A DNA stretch of 61,978 bases, filler included. It is 9 parts of 9 records of this genome, joined end to end, with 100 filler letters (N's around TTAATTAATTAA, not from the genome) between each part and the next. Parts side by side here need not be neighbours in the genome. Positions count along the whole stretch, not along the records: positions 40,088 to 49,675 come from SRR31156797_46723; positions 49,776 to 56,640 come from SRR31156797_46736; 7 more parts are not named here. One strand, given 5' to 3'. The position numbers were made by a program, and so were the translations under genes. The notes beneath the pieces were generated by a model that was given only the letters and a program-made list of their open reading frames with translations, was not told where the DNA came from and did no database searches. Numbering within the stretch: position 1 is the stretch's first letter; every line of letters begins with the position of its first letter. Of this stretch, positions 40,089 to 49,963 are shown piece after piece.

Positions 40089-41144
40089 CTGTTTGCCGGA
40101 CGGGTCAAGTTTGAGAAGCATCCTTTTTTCGTGACCCGGGAGGCCCTGTCCAAGGGGGATCTCTTGCGAATCGGGTATGAGGACGGCAAAGGCCACTCCA
40201 TCCAGCGGGTGACCCGGTCCATCCCCAAGCGGGGAAAACTGGTCCTGAGGGCAAAGCGCGGCACACGGTTCCAGAAGGGGGATCCCGTTTTTATCGTGGA
40301 TCGGCGGGAGCCCGAGGTGTACGCTCTGATCCGGGAGCTCAGGAACGAATTTGAACAGCTGGAGTCCCCGGTTGTCAGGCCCTTGAAGAAAAAATCCCTT
40401 TCCGTGAATCCGAAAAACACCCGGAACCGGGGCAAGCGGGGAGGGCGCGGCATTCAGATGACCCTGACCCGGCGGTCCGGCAGGGGCCGGTCGGACGGGG
40501 CAAAAGCCCTGTGGCTCTCGGAAGGCATCCTTCAAAAGCTTCCCGGCCGCGTGATCCGGGATACCTGGTGGTGGCTCTCTCCCGTGGTGTGGCCCGGGGA
40601 TGAAGCCGCCCACATCGCCGCTGTGAAACAGGCCCTGGCAAAGGGCGCCAGGCGCTTTGTCCTGAACCAGCCGTGGCAGCGTTCATTTTTTGCTGATGTA
40701 AGGCAGCTGGAGCTCTGGGCCGGTCCCTTTTGCAACATCGGCAACAATCATGCCCTGGAGAGCCTGCGGCTCCAGGGGTTTTCCGGGGCGTTTGCCGCGC
40801 CGGAACTGGGGGCGGAGGGATTTATATCCCTTGCCGCGACATCGCCCCTTCCCCTGGGGGTGGTGGTGGCCGGAAACTGGCCCCTTGCGATATCCCGGAT
40901 TGTTTCGGACGATATCCGCCTGGACACCCCTTTTGAAAGTCCCATGCGCGAACAGGGATGGGTATCGCGACGGGACGGCAACTACTGGGTATTTCCCGGT
41001 TGGCGACTGGACCTGACGCCGAAGATCCGGGAACTCCAGCGGGCGGGATACACCCTGTTCGCAACCCTGGAGGAGCCCGTGCCCAAGGGGATGTCCCTGA
41101 AACAGCGTCCGGGCCTCTGGAACTGGGATCACAATCTTTTATAA
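40089..41144 (+). CDS. U32 peptidase-family protein, C-terminal part
   Basis: WAGPFCNIGN...GFSGAFAAPEL...PLAISR tail resembles deltaproteobacterial U32 proteins; catalytic N-terminus absent. Confidence 0.65.
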   Translation: MFAGRVKFEKHPFFVTREALSKGDLLRIGYEDGKGHSIQRVTRSIPKRGKLVLRAKRGTRFQKGDPVFIVDRREPEVYALIRELRNEFEQLESPVVRPLKKKSLSVNPKNTRNRGKRGGRGIQMTLTRRSGRGRSDGAKALWLSEGILQKLPGRVIRDTWWWLSPVVWPGDEAAHIAAVKQALAKGARRFVLNQPWQRSFFADVRQLELWAGPFCNIGNNHALESLRLQGFSGAFAAPELGAEGFISLAATSPLPLGVVVAGNWPLAISRIVSDDIRLDTPFESPMREQGWVSRRDGNYWVFPGWRLDLTPKIRELQRAGYTLFATLEEPVPKGMSLKQRPGLWNWDHNLL

Positions 41145-41180
41145 ATAAATTGTGAAATAACGATTGACCTTTTGCGAAAA

Positions 41181-41195
41181 ATTGACTAAGTCAAT
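41181..41195. promoter_or_regulatory. Candidate operator palindrome upstream of mrp operon
   Basis: ATTGACT-A-AGTCAAT perfect inverted repeat about 80 bp before mrpE. Confidence 0.4.
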
Positions 41196-41274
41196 AATTA
41201 AACAGTATTCATAATCTGTGGCTTAGTCTTAGCAGTCGGTGCACTTAATATTTTTATAATATGAGGTTCCGGTC

Positions 41275-41775
41275 GTGAAAGTACAGCAACGCAAATCGTC
41301 ATTCGTTATCAGTTTCTTAATTCTGCTTCTCTTCTGGGTCGTCTTTTCGGGACGGTTCGATCTGTTTCATCTCAGCCTGGGCGCGGTTTCATGCGCCATT
41401 GTGGCCTGGTTTGTCTCCGATCTATCCATCCCGAACCCGCGGCCCATAGGGATTATCCGCCTCTGGTTCAACTTTCTTCTCTACTTCCCCTGGCTCATCT
41501 GGCAGATTCTTCTTGCCAACGTTCATGTGCTGGGGCTGGTGTTGAGCCCCAACATGATGGAGCGCATCGACCCCCATATCCTGCGATTCAGGAGCAGGAT
41601 TCGCGACGAGCTGGGGCTGGTGACCTTCGCCAATTCCATCACGCTCACCCCTGGAACCATTACGGTTCACATCTCTCCATACGGCGATCTTTCGGTTCAC
41701 GCCATTGACAAGGACTCGGCTGCGGCGCTCCCCGGCGAAATGGAGGCGCGGGTCGCAAGGATATTTGGTGAATAA
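41275..41775 (+). CDS. mrpE: Na+/H+ antiporter subunit E
   Basis: FANSITLTPGTIT, VHAID. Confidence 0.93.
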   Translation: MKVQQRKSSFVISFLILLLFWVVFSGRFDLFHLSLGAVSCAIVAWFVSDLSIPNPRPIGIIRLWFNFLLYFPWLIWQILLANVHVLGLVLSPNMMERIDPHILRFRSRIRDELGLVTFANSITLTPGTITVHISPYGDLSVHAIDKDSAAALPGEMEARVARIFGE

Positions 41776-42059
41776 TGGATACGTATATTCTCTATTCGGC
41801 GATAGTACTCTCTGTGTTGATGGCAATTCCCCTCTACCGTTCCGTTGTGGGGCCGACCCTGAAGGACCGGATCATGGGGGTCAACGCCATCGGCAGCAAG
41901 ACAACGGTGCTGCTGATCATGATCGGCTTTATCTTCGGGCGGGTGGATATGTTTATCGATATCGCCCTTGCCTATGCATTGCTCAATTTTATCGCGGTGC
42001 TTGCCGCATCCAGGTATTTTCATAAACGTAAAGGTCTTTACCAGGAGATGGATCGATGA
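41775..42059 (+). CDS. mrpF: Na+/H+ antiporter subunit F
   Basis: GPTLKDRI, DIALAYALLNF. Confidence 0.92.
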   Translation: MDTYILYSAIVLSVLMAIPLYRSVVGPTLKDRIMGVNAIGSKTTVLLIMIGFIFGRVDMFIDIALAYALLNFIAVLAASRYFHKRKGLYQEMDR

Positions 42060-42388
42060 ACCTTATCTCAGCCCTGTTGATCGCAATTGGTTTGTTTTTC
42101 TTTCTGGGCGGCTCAATCGGCATCATCCGGCTGCCCGACTTCTACTCACGGCTCCACGCGGCGGGCATGCTCGACACCATGGGGTTGTTCCTCTCCATGG
42201 CGGGGTTGGCCCTGTATGTGCTGACCGATTTCACCTTTGCGAATATCCTGGTGGCCGTCAAGATCATGCTGATCGTGGTGTTTGTCTATATAACCAGTCC
42301 CACGGCCACCCACGCCATCGTGGACGCCGGTGTCAGGGCGGTTCGGGAGCCGTGGACCAAAGATAAGGAGGGAGGGAACCCCATATGA
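42056..42388 (+). CDS. mrpG: Na+/H+ antiporter subunit G
   Basis: RLPDFYSRLHAA, TSPTATHAI. Confidence 0.93.
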   Translation: MNLISALLIAIGLFFFLGGSIGIIRLPDFYSRLHAAGMLDTMGLFLSMAGLALYVLTDFTFANILVAVKIMLIVVFVYITSPTATHAIVDAGVRAVREPWTKDKEGGNPI

Positions 42389-42630
42389 TCTGGCAGCTGG
42401 ATCTGATCATTCTTGTTCTGGTTATCGTCTGTGCCATCGCGGCCATCAATGTGAAGGATCTCCTGAGTGCCGCGATCCTGCTCGGTGCCTACAGCTTTCT
42501 GCTCTGTCTCCTCTGGGCCATCATGGGGGCGGTGGATGTCGCCTTTACGGAAGCCACGGTGGGGGCGGGGGTTAGCACGGTGTTCTGTGTGGCGGCGGTA
42601 TTTCATTCGACAAGGAGGACAAAGGATTGA
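42385..42630 (+). CDS. Mrp small B'-type subunit (DUF4040-like)
   Basis: AVDVAFTEATVGAG. Confidence 0.88.
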   Translation: MIWQLDLIILVLVIVCAIAAINVKDLLSAAILLGAYSFLLCLLWAIMGAVDVAFTEATVGAGVSTVFCVAAVFHSTRRTKD

Positions 42631-43454
42631 AACTCATCGGAAAATTGACCATATTTCTGTGCGGGACGCTTCTCATCGTCTTTGCGAACAAGTTTCCTGA
42701 ATTCGGGGATCCCCATTCTCCGGCGGCAACCCACCTCTCTCCTTACTTTATCGAACACACCATGGAGGACACCTCCGTGCCCAATATCGTGACCTCGGTG
42801 TTGGCCGACTACAGGGGGTATGACACCATGTTCGAGACTACGGTGATCCTTACGGCTGGCCTTGCCTGCTTTTTCCTGCTTCGTCTGCCGGAAGAGGAGG
42901 AAAAGGAGATCTATTTTCGCCATGTGCCCACGGGGGTGACCATCCGCATCGAAGAGTGCGGGGCCGCGCCCGAGGATTCCGAGGTGTTCCAGCGCATCGA
43001 CTCCCAGTGGGTGCCCCGGGATATCATCATCCGCAGCACCTGCCGGCTGCTGATTCCCTTTATCCAGATCTTCGCCCTCTATGTGGTCGCCCACGGTCAT
43101 CACAGCCCGGGGGGCGGATTCCAGGGCGGGGTGGTCCTGGGGGCGGCGGTGATTCTCTTTGCCATCTCCCACAACCTGCGGACCACCGTGGCAAAGATCG
43201 GGGAGAAGAGCGCCGCCATCATGAGCTCGGCCGGGGTGTTTATCTATGCGGGCACCGGCGCCCTCTGTCTCGTCCTTGGTGAAAATTTCCTCAATTACGG
43301 GGCCCTTGCGCCGATCCTGGGGACGGACAGGGTCATGGCCCGCTCCCACGGGATTCTCATCGTGGAGATCGGGGTGGCCCTTGCCGTCATGTCGGTGATG
43401 ATCTGGATTTACTACAACCTGTCTTCGGCAGGCAAACAGGATGAGGGGCTATAA
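42627..43454 (+). CDS. mrpB: Na+/H+ antiporter subunit B
   Basis: PNIVTSVLADYRGYDTMFE, GHHSPGGGFQGG. Confidence 0.92.
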   Translation: MKLIGKLTIFLCGTLLIVFANKFPEFGDPHSPAATHLSPYFIEHTMEDTSVPNIVTSVLADYRGYDTMFETTVILTAGLACFFLLRLPEEEEKEIYFRHVPTGVTIRIEECGAAPEDSEVFQRIDSQWVPRDIIIRSTCRLLIPFIQIFALYVVAHGHHSPGGGFQGGVVLGAAVILFAISHNLRTTVAKIGEKSAAIMSSAGVFIYAGTGALCLVLGENFLNYGALAPILGTDRVMARSHGILIVEIGVALAVMSVMIWIYYNLSSAGKQDEGL

Positions 43455-43886
43455 ATGGACTTTTTAAGCATCGTGATCGCCCGGGCTAACTACTGGACCT
43501 TCATCATTCTGATGATGGTGGGGCTCTACGCCATGATTGCCAAGAACAACCTGGTCAAAAAGATCGTCGGCATGTGTATCTTCCAGACCGCCGTGATCCT
43601 CTTTTACGTCTCCATCGGATCGAAACAGGGGGCCACCATTCCGATTCTTCTCCATGGCCACGCCCCCCATGAGGGCGGCAACCTGGCCCATGCGGCCGTC
43701 GACCACGGCGCCGCCGCCGCGGTCCATGCCGTCGATTATATCAACCCGCTTCCCCATGTGCTCATGCTCACCGCCATCGTGGTTGGCGTGGCGACCCTCG
43801 GGGTCGCCCTGGCCCTGGCGGTAAAGGTGTACAAGGAGTACGGCACCCTTGAGGAAGATGAGATAAACCAACGTTTACGGAGCTGA
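43455..43886 (+). CDS. mrpC: Na+/H+ antiporter subunit C
   Basis: NLVKKIVG, NPLPHVLMLTAIVV; His-rich loop. Confidence 0.93.
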   Translation: MDFLSIVIARANYWTFIILMMVGLYAMIAKNNLVKKIVGMCIFQTAVILFYVSIGSKQGATIPILLHGHAPHEGGNLAHAAVDHGAAAAVHAVDYINPLPHVLMLTAIVVGVATLGVALALAVKVYKEYGTLEEDEINQRLRS

Positions 43887-43894
43887 TAAAACCC

Positions 43895-45397
43895 ATGGTC
43901 AATACACTTCCTGCACTGGTCATCATCGTTCCCCTTCTGGCGGCTCTGCTGGCCGCGGCAGCGGGTTTCATCAACAAGCGGGTCTGCTTTCCCATTGCGG
44001 TCGGGGCTTTGGCTGTCGCGTTTTTCGGGGCGGCAGCCCTCCTGGTTCAGGTGGTCAAAACCGGGGTGGCCATGGAGTACCGGTTCGCCGGCTGGGCCGC
44101 TCCCATGGGCATCGTCTATGTGATCGATCACCTGAGTGCCCTTGTGCTGGTGGTGATCACCGGGGTGGCCCTGGTCAACCTTGTTTCAAGCAAGCAGACC
44201 ATTGACCGTGAGTTCACGGATAAGGAGGGGGCCTTTTACTCCCTTTATGTGCTGTTCACCGCGGGCCTTGTGGGGATGACGGCCACGGGAGACGCGTTCA
44301 ACCTCTATGTGTTGCTGGAGATCGCCTCCCTGTCCGGGTACGCCCTGATCGGGCTGGGAAAGACGAGGGCGCCCCTTGCCACCCTTAACTATCTTTTTCT
44401 CGGCACCATCGGCGCCACCTTTTACCTGCTCGGGGTGGGCTACCTTTACATCGCCACCGGTTCCCTGAACATGGCGGACCTCGCCACCATCCTGCCGGGG
44501 ATGAAGGACTCCGGCATCGTGCTCTTTGCCTTTATCATCATGCTTTCCGGCCTGTTCGTGAAGATGGCGCTCTTTCCGGTCCACGGATGGCTGCCGGGGG
44601 CCTACTCCCAGTCCTCTTCCGCGGCGGCGGGGCTCATCGCTCCCCTGACCACCAAGGTGACCGTCTATATAATGGTACGGATTTGTCTCAACCTCTTTTC
44701 CGTGGACTACACCTTCACCCATCTCCATGCCGGGGATCTCATGGTGTGGATCGCCATCATCACCATCGTGTTCGGTTCCCTGTCGGCCCTTGGCCAGACC
44801 GATTACAAGCGGATGCTCACCTACATCATCATCGCGGAGGTGGGGTACATGGTGGGCGGATTCTTCCTGGGGAACCGCATGGGTATGTCCGGGGCCATTC
44901 TCCACATCGTCAACGACGCCGTGATGACCCTGTGTCTCTTCATGGCCGCCGGGATTTTCCTGTGGAAAACCGGCACCGAGGAGAGAAGAGATCTCAAGGG
45001 GCTCTTTGCCTCCATGCCGTTTACCATGGCGGGCTTTGTGCTGGCCGGCCTCTCCATCATCGGGGTGCCGCCCACCTGCGGCTTCTTCAGCAAGTGGTAT
45101 CTGGTGTCCGGCGGCATTGCCGCGGGACAGTATGCTTTTGTCGCGGCCCTGATCTTCTCTTCGCTTATCAATGCCGTGCTCTTTTTCCGGTTGTTCGAGA
45201 TCTCCTATTTTGAACCCTTTGTCGACCACCACCACGGTTCCGGCCATGGTGGTGCCGGCGCTGTGATTCAGGAAGCGCCCATGTCCATGCTGGTGCCGTT
45301 TCTGTTGGTGTCCGGCATGCTGCTGGTGCTGGGGATCTATTCGGGTCGGATCGTCACCAATATCATTCACTTTGCCATACCTGCGGGGGTGATCTAA
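43895..45397 (+). CDS. mrpD: Na+/H+ antiporter subunit D (copy 1)
   Basis: GDAFNLYVLLEI, KMALFPVHGWLP, GVPPTCGFFSKW. Confidence 0.92.
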   Translation: MVNTLPALVIIVPLLAALLAAAAGFINKRVCFPIAVGALAVAFFGAAALLVQVVKTGVAMEYRFAGWAAPMGIVYVIDHLSALVLVVITGVALVNLVSSKQTIDREFTDKEGAFYSLYVLFTAGLVGMTATGDAFNLYVLLEIASLSGYALIGLGKTRAPLATLNYLFLGTIGATFYLLGVGYLYIATGSLNMADLATILPGMKDSGIVLFAFIIMLSGLFVKMALFPVHGWLPGAYSQSSSAAAGLIAPLTTKVTVYIMVRICLNLFSVDYTFTHLHAGDLMVWIAIITIVFGSLSALGQTDYKRMLTYIIIAEVGYMVGGFFLGNRMGMSGAILHIVNDAVMTLCLFMAAGIFLWKTGTEERRDLKGLFASMPFTMAGFVLAGLSIIGVPPTCGFFSKWYLVSGGIAAGQYAFVAALIFSSLINAVLFFRLFEISYFEPFVDHHHGSGHGGAGAVIQEAPMSMLVPFLLVSGMLLVLGIYSGRIVTNIIHFAIPAGVI

Positions 45398-45398
45398 A

Positions 45399-46883
45399 AT
45401 GACAATGGATACCGTGCTCTCCGTCAAACCGTTTCTTGCCGTTCTCGTCTCCCTGGCCGCCATTCCGTTTATTGTCGGCGCCCGGACCCATAACATGCGT
45501 GAGTCCTGGACCTTTATTGCCGCCACCATCAAGTTTTTCCTGGTGCTTTCCATGCTTCCCATGGTGTTGAAGGGCAAGACCGTCGTCTACACCGTGGTAC
45601 AGATCTTTCCCGACCTTGGGATCGCCTTCCGGGTGGATGCATTCGGCATGCTATTCGCCCTGGTGGCTTCCTCCCTCTGGATCGTCACCTCCATCTATTC
45701 CCTGGGGTATATGCGTGGCCTTGACGAGCACAGCCAAACCCGTTACTTCTCCTTTTTTGCCGTGGCATTGTCCGCAACCATCGGGGTCGCCTTCTCCGCC
45801 AATTTATTAACCCTCTACCTCTTTTACGAGATGCTCTCCCTTGCCACCTATCCCCTGGTGACCCATCACCAGGACCGCAATGCCAGAAGTTCCGGCCGGA
45901 AATACCTGTTTTACATCCTGGGCGGGTCCATCGGCCTGGCCCTGCCTGCCATGCTGATCACCTATCATTTTACCGGCACCCTTGACTTTGCGGCCCACGG
46001 GGTCATGGCCGGCCATGTGAATTCGGGCCTGGCCCTGGTGCTCTCCCTCATGTTTCTGTTCGGATTTGCCAAGGTGGGCATCATGCCCATGCATTCCTGG
46101 CTGCCCGCGGCCATGGTGGCCCCCACGCCTGTGAGCGCGCTGCTCCATGCCGTTGCCGTGGTCAAGGTCGGGGCCTTCAGCGTGGTTCGGGTCTTTACCG
46201 GCATCGTGGGCACGGATATCCTGGCCGGGTTCCATATCAACGGAATTATCTGCGTCATCGCCTCCATCACGGTGGTGGTCGCCTCCCTCATTGCGCTTTC
46301 CCAGGATGAACTCAAGCGGCGGCTGGCATTCTCAACAATCGGCCAGCTTTCCTATATCGTTCTGGGAATCGGGCTCCTGTCCGCCTCGGGCATGACCGGG
46401 GGGATGCTTCATATCGCCATGCACGCCTTTGGCAAGATCACCCTCTTTTTCTGCGCCGGCGCCATCTTTTGCGCCACCGGGATCAAGAATATCAGCCAGA
46501 TGAAGGGGATCGGCCGGCAGATGCCCATCACCATGACCGCTTTTCTGATCGGCTCCCTTTCAGTGGTGGGCCTTCCGCCCTGCGGGGGCTTTATCAGTAA
46601 GTGGTACCTTGTGGTGGGGACCATTGAATCGGGGCAGATGCTTCTGCTCCTGGTGCTGCTGTTGAGTTCCTTCCTCAATGCCGCCTACTTCTTTCCCGTT
46701 TTTTACAATGCATTTTTTCTGAGCGAGCCGGAGATGACCTTTGAAAACCGGGTGTCGGAGGCGCCGATCTGGTGCGTGGTTCCCCTGACCATCACCGCCG
46801 GCATCTCCATGGTTCTCTTTTTCTATCCCCAGCCGTTCCTGAATCTTGCCAAACTTGCGGTACAATCAATCAATGGAGGCTAA
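45399..46883 (+). CDS. mrpD: Na+/H+ antiporter subunit D-like (copy 2)
   Basis: HSWLPAAMVAPTPVSALLHAVAVVK, KRRLAFST, HAFGKITLF. Confidence 0.9.
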   Translation: MTMDTVLSVKPFLAVLVSLAAIPFIVGARTHNMRESWTFIAATIKFFLVLSMLPMVLKGKTVVYTVVQIFPDLGIAFRVDAFGMLFALVASSLWIVTSIYSLGYMRGLDEHSQTRYFSFFAVALSATIGVAFSANLLTLYLFYEMLSLATYPLVTHHQDRNARSSGRKYLFYILGGSIGLALPAMLITYHFTGTLDFAAHGVMAGHVNSGLALVLSLMFLFGFAKVGIMPMHSWLPAAMVAPTPVSALLHAVAVVKVGAFSVVRVFTGIVGTDILAGFHINGIICVIASITVVVASLIALSQDELKRRLAFSTIGQLSYIVLGIGLLSASGMTGGMLHIAMHAFGKITLFFCAGAIFCATGIKNISQMKGIGRQMPITMTAFLIGSLSVVGLPPCGGFISKWYLVVGTIESGQMLLLLVLLLSSFLNAAYFFPVFYNAFFLSEPEMTFENRVSEAPIWCVVPLTITAGISMVLFFYPQPFLNLAKLAVQSINGG

Positions 46884-46888
46884 CGACC

Positions 46889-47008
46889 ATGAACGAGGAT
46901 AAGTATGAGTTGTCCCACGACCCTGTGCCTGGGTATAAGCCGGTGTTTCTGGTGGTGTTTGCGGCAAGCGTCATCTACCTTGCCGTGATATTCTTAAGCT
47001 CAATATAG
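46889..47008 (+). CDS. 39-aa single-TM small protein in mrp operon
   Basis: MNEDKYELSHDPVPGYKPVFLVVFAASVIYLAVIFLSSI; GGAGG upstream; fills the gap between genes. Confidence 0.6.
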   Translation: MNEDKYELSHDPVPGYKPVFLVVFAASVIYLAVIFLSSI

Positions 47009-47032
47009 ACAAGGAAAAAAAGGTCTGAGGCC

Positions 47033-47281
47033 ATGGAAAAAGAAAAAACGCATCTGTTTGACAAGCCTGAAAATGTGAGGCGGTTGCTCATCATTTTTTT
47101 CAGCTCGGTAATCCTGCTGTTTGTCCTTGATTTTTTTGTGCACAAGCATGCCCACTTCCCCTGGGAAACCTGGCCGGTGTTCTACGCCATCTTCGGGTTT
47201 GTGGCCTGTGTGGTCCTGGTGCTGGTGTCCCGGTTTGTGCTGCGTCCCCTGGTCAAGAGAAGGGAGGATTATTATGACTAA
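47033..47281 (+). CDS. Small 2-TM protein in mrp operon
   Basis: FYAIFGFVACVVLV...LVKRREDYYD; overlaps the next start. Confidence 0.78.
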   Translation: MEKEKTHLFDKPENVRRLLIIFFSSVILLFVLDFFVHKHAHFPWETWPVFYAIFGFVACVVLVLVSRFVLRPLVKRREDYYD

Positions 47282-49046
47282 CGTTCTGCCACCGTTCATG
47301 ATCTTTATCCTCGGCGCGTTTGTGATACCGTTTTTACGGGGCCGGGTCCGCTCGGTCTATGTGGTTGCCCTGCCCGTGGCAGGGTTGATCAACTTGCTTC
47401 TCATTCCCGCTGACACGGTCATGACCGCCAATTTCCTGGATTACCAGCTTACCCTGGTCCGGATCGACCGGTTGAGCCTTGCCTTCGGCTATATCTTTCA
47501 TATTGTCGCCTTTGTGACGGTGATCTACATTCTCCATGTCAAGAATAGCCTCGAGTATGTGGCCGGGTTCGTCTATTCCGGGGCGGCCCTGGGGGCCGTG
47601 TTCGCCGGCGACCTCTTCACTTTCTTTGCCTTCTGGGAAACCCTGACCGTGGGGTCGGTCATGCTGATCTGGGCCCGGCGTACCAAGGCTTCCTCAGCGG
47701 CGGGATTCAGGTATCTGCTGGTCCATGTGACCGGCGGGCTGACCCTTCTTGCCGGCATCGTCATGATGGTGGTGGAAACCGGTTCCATCCATTTCGGGCA
47801 TATCGGGCTCAACGGCCTGGCATCGTGGCTCATCTTCCTGGGGGTCGGGGTCAACTGTGCCTGGCCCTTTCTCCACACCTGGCTCACCGATGCCTATCCC
47901 GAAGCCACCATCGGCGGGACGGTCTTCCTGAGCGCCTTTACCACCAAGACGGCGGTGTACGCCCTGGCCCGGGCCTATCCGGGAACGGAGCTGCTCATCT
48001 GGATCGGGGTCACCATGGCCGCCTTTCCTATCTTTTTCGCCGTGATCGAGAACGACCTGAGACGGGTGCTGGCCTACAGTCTGGTGAATCAGGTGGGGTT
48101 CATGGTGGTGGGGATCGGTATCGGGACCGAGCTGGCCCTCAACGGGGCCGTGGCCCATGCCTGTAACGATATCCTCTTCAAGGGGCTCCTGTTCATGTCC
48201 ATGGGTGCCGTGATCCATCGAACCGGCAAGATCAATGCCACAGATCTCGGGGGGCTCTACAAGTCCATGCCCTGGACTGCGGGGTTCTGCATTGTCGGGG
48301 CGGCGTCCATCTCGGCCTTTCCCTTGTTCAGCGGATTTGTGAGCAAGTCCATGGTCATGTCGGCGGCCGGCGATGGTCACATGGTCGGCGTCTGGCTTGT
48401 TCTGCTCTTTGCCTCGGCCGGTGTGTTCCACCATGCGGGCATCAAGATACCCTTCTTTGCCTTTTTCGGTCATGATGCGGGCCACCGGGTCAAGGAGGCA
48501 CCGAAACACATGCTGGTTGCCATGGGTATCACCGCCTTTCTCTGCATCTTCAACGGCACTTTTTACAAGCCGCTCTATTCCATTCTGCCCTATCCGGCGC
48601 TCTACGAACCCTATACCCTCTCCCATGTGATGACCCAGACGGAACTGCTTTTCTATTCCGCCCTGGCCTTCACCCTGCTGCTTCTTTCCGGAATCTATCC
48701 CGCTGAGATGCGGGCCATCAACCTTGATTTCGACTGGTTTTACCGAAAACCGCTGGTGGGCCTGTCCAACGGGCTTGCGGTCGTGCTGAACGGGTTGAAC
48801 AAGGTCATGGACCGGTTGCTGGTCAAGGAATTCACAGGCGCTGTGAACGAGGCTTCCATCGATGCCACGGCCAGGCTTGCCTGGGTGGCCGTCGTGCCCT
48901 TTATTAAAAATAAGGATAATCCATACCCGAGGCGGGAAATCTTCAAAAAGAAGCTGGATGCGGCATTTGCAACCGGGACTTCTCCCGTGGGACTGTTTGC
49001 GGCCTGTGCCGGACTCTTTATCGTGATGCTCTTTGCGCTTATTTAA
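47274..49046 (+). CDS. Na+/H+ antiporter D/NuoL-like subunit (copy 3)
   Basis: LHTWLTDAYPEAT, SAFTTKTAVY, RRVLAYS; start ATG 47274 after GGAGG. Confidence 0.9.
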   Translation: MTNVLPPFMIFILGAFVIPFLRGRVRSVYVVALPVAGLINLLLIPADTVMTANFLDYQLTLVRIDRLSLAFGYIFHIVAFVTVIYILHVKNSLEYVAGFVYSGAALGAVFAGDLFTFFAFWETLTVGSVMLIWARRTKASSAAGFRYLLVHVTGGLTLLAGIVMMVVETGSIHFGHIGLNGLASWLIFLGVGVNCAWPFLHTWLTDAYPEATIGGTVFLSAFTTKTAVYALARAYPGTELLIWIGVTMAAFPIFFAVIENDLRRVLAYSLVNQVGFMVVGIGIGTELALNGAVAHACNDILFKGLLFMSMGAVIHRTGKINATDLGGLYKSMPWTAGFCIVGAASISAFPLFSGFVSKSMVMSAAGDGHMVGVWLVLLFASAGVFHHAGIKIPFFAFFGHDAGHRVKEAPKHMLVAMGITAFLCIFNGTFYKPLYSILPYPALYEPYTLSHVMTQTELLFYSALAFTLLLLSGIYPAEMRAINLDFDWFYRKPLVGLSNGLAVVLNGLNKVMDRLLVKEFTGAVNEASIDATARLAWVAVVPFIKNKDNPYPRREIFKKKLDAAFATGTSPVGLFAACAGLFIVMLFALI

Positions 49047-49070
49047 CGTTCTAACGAGTGGGGGATCTCA

Positions 49071-49553
49071 ATGGTAACAAGGGATGAGTTGAAAAAGAAT
49101 ATAATTCTCGAGTATTTGACCGACGACATGCTGGATGAACTTTCCGCCATCACCATTGTCATCAAGGCGAAAAAGGGTGAGGTGGTCTACAGGGAGGGGA
49201 GCCCGGCCCAGAATGTTTATATGCTGAAATCGGGAAAGATCCTGCTGGAGCAGAAGATATCAAAAACCATTGCCGTGACGGTGAATTCCATCGATCCGGG
49301 GGAATCCTTCGGCTGGGCCTTTCTTCTGGACAAGGGGGCCAACTCCCTTACCGCCATCTGCTGTGAGGATTCGGAGATCTATGTGATCAACCGGGATGTG
49401 GTTCGAGATCTCATGGATGAGGATCATTCCCTGGGCTACATGATGATGAAACAGCTGGCAACGGTATTGAAGCGGCGACTGGACCTGCGGACGTCCCAGT
49501 TCCTGAAGTCGGTCAAGAGTCACCCGGATATCACCGAGCTCGAGGAGTGCTGA
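49071..49553 (+). CDS. Stand-alone cyclic-nucleotide-binding domain protein
   Basis: GEVVYREGSPAQNVYMLKSG, PGESFGW; 160 aa, no HTH. Confidence 0.85.
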   Translation: MVTRDELKKNIILEYLTDDMLDELSAITIVIKAKKGEVVYREGSPAQNVYMLKSGKILLEQKISKTIAVTVNSIDPGESFGWAFLLDKGANSLTAICCEDSEIYVINRDVVRDLMDEDHSLGYMMMKQLATVLKRRLDLRTSQFLKSVKSHPDITELEEC

Positions 49554-49590
49554 CGGAACAGGCTGACATTCGGTTGCTTTAGGCATAAAA

Positions 49591-49623
49591 AAAAGGGGTT
49601 ACGAAAAAATCGTAACCCCTTTT
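49591..49623. terminator. Bidirectional intrinsic terminator
   Basis: AAAAGGGGTTACGA-AAAAA-TCGTAACCCCTTTT between convergent cNMP gene and tRNA. Confidence 0.85.
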
Positions 49624-49633
49624 GGCGTCTTAG

Positions 49634-49675
49634 TGGTCGGGACGGCTGGATTTGAACCAGCGACCACTTGTCCCC
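49634..49675 (-). tRNA. tRNA-Pro (NGG), 3' half
   Basis: Minus strand GGGGACAAGTGGTCGCTGGTTCAAATCCAGCCGTCCCGACCA: T-arm GTTCAAATC, CCA end, Pro-type acceptor ...CCGA-CCA; wobble base not visible. Confidence 0.88.
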
Positions 49676-49919
49676 NNNNNNNNNNNNNNNNNNNNNNNNN
49701 NNNNNNNNNNNNNNNNNNNTTAATTAATTAANNNNNNNNNNNNNNNNNNNNNNNNNNNNNNNNNNNNNNNNNNNNAAACAGCAAAAAACCGTTGAAAAAA
49801 CTGCTAAAGTCAAATTCAGAGCAGGGCTATTCAGAACGGGTCAATGAATTCTGGGAAATGAACTTAAAATTCTGTCCGGGCAGGATAGAATAACACGCCG
49901 GCCCGGACAGATAATTATA

Positions 49920-49951
49920 TTGGCTCATGTTTCGTTTTGAAACTGAGCCAA
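49920..49951 (-). terminator. Hairpin after the secreted-protein gene
   Basis: TTGGCTCA.GTTTC...GAAAC TGAGCCAA inverted repeat. Confidence 0.5.
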
Positions 49952-49963
49952 TTTAAACGATTA

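Noticed and set aside
44186-48626. Long antisense ORFs (463 aa, 310 aa) over mrpD genes, and similar ones over secDF, the RND genes and the ABC binding protein
   Set aside because: Expected shadows of GC-biased codon usage opposite well-supported genes; no recognisable motifs.
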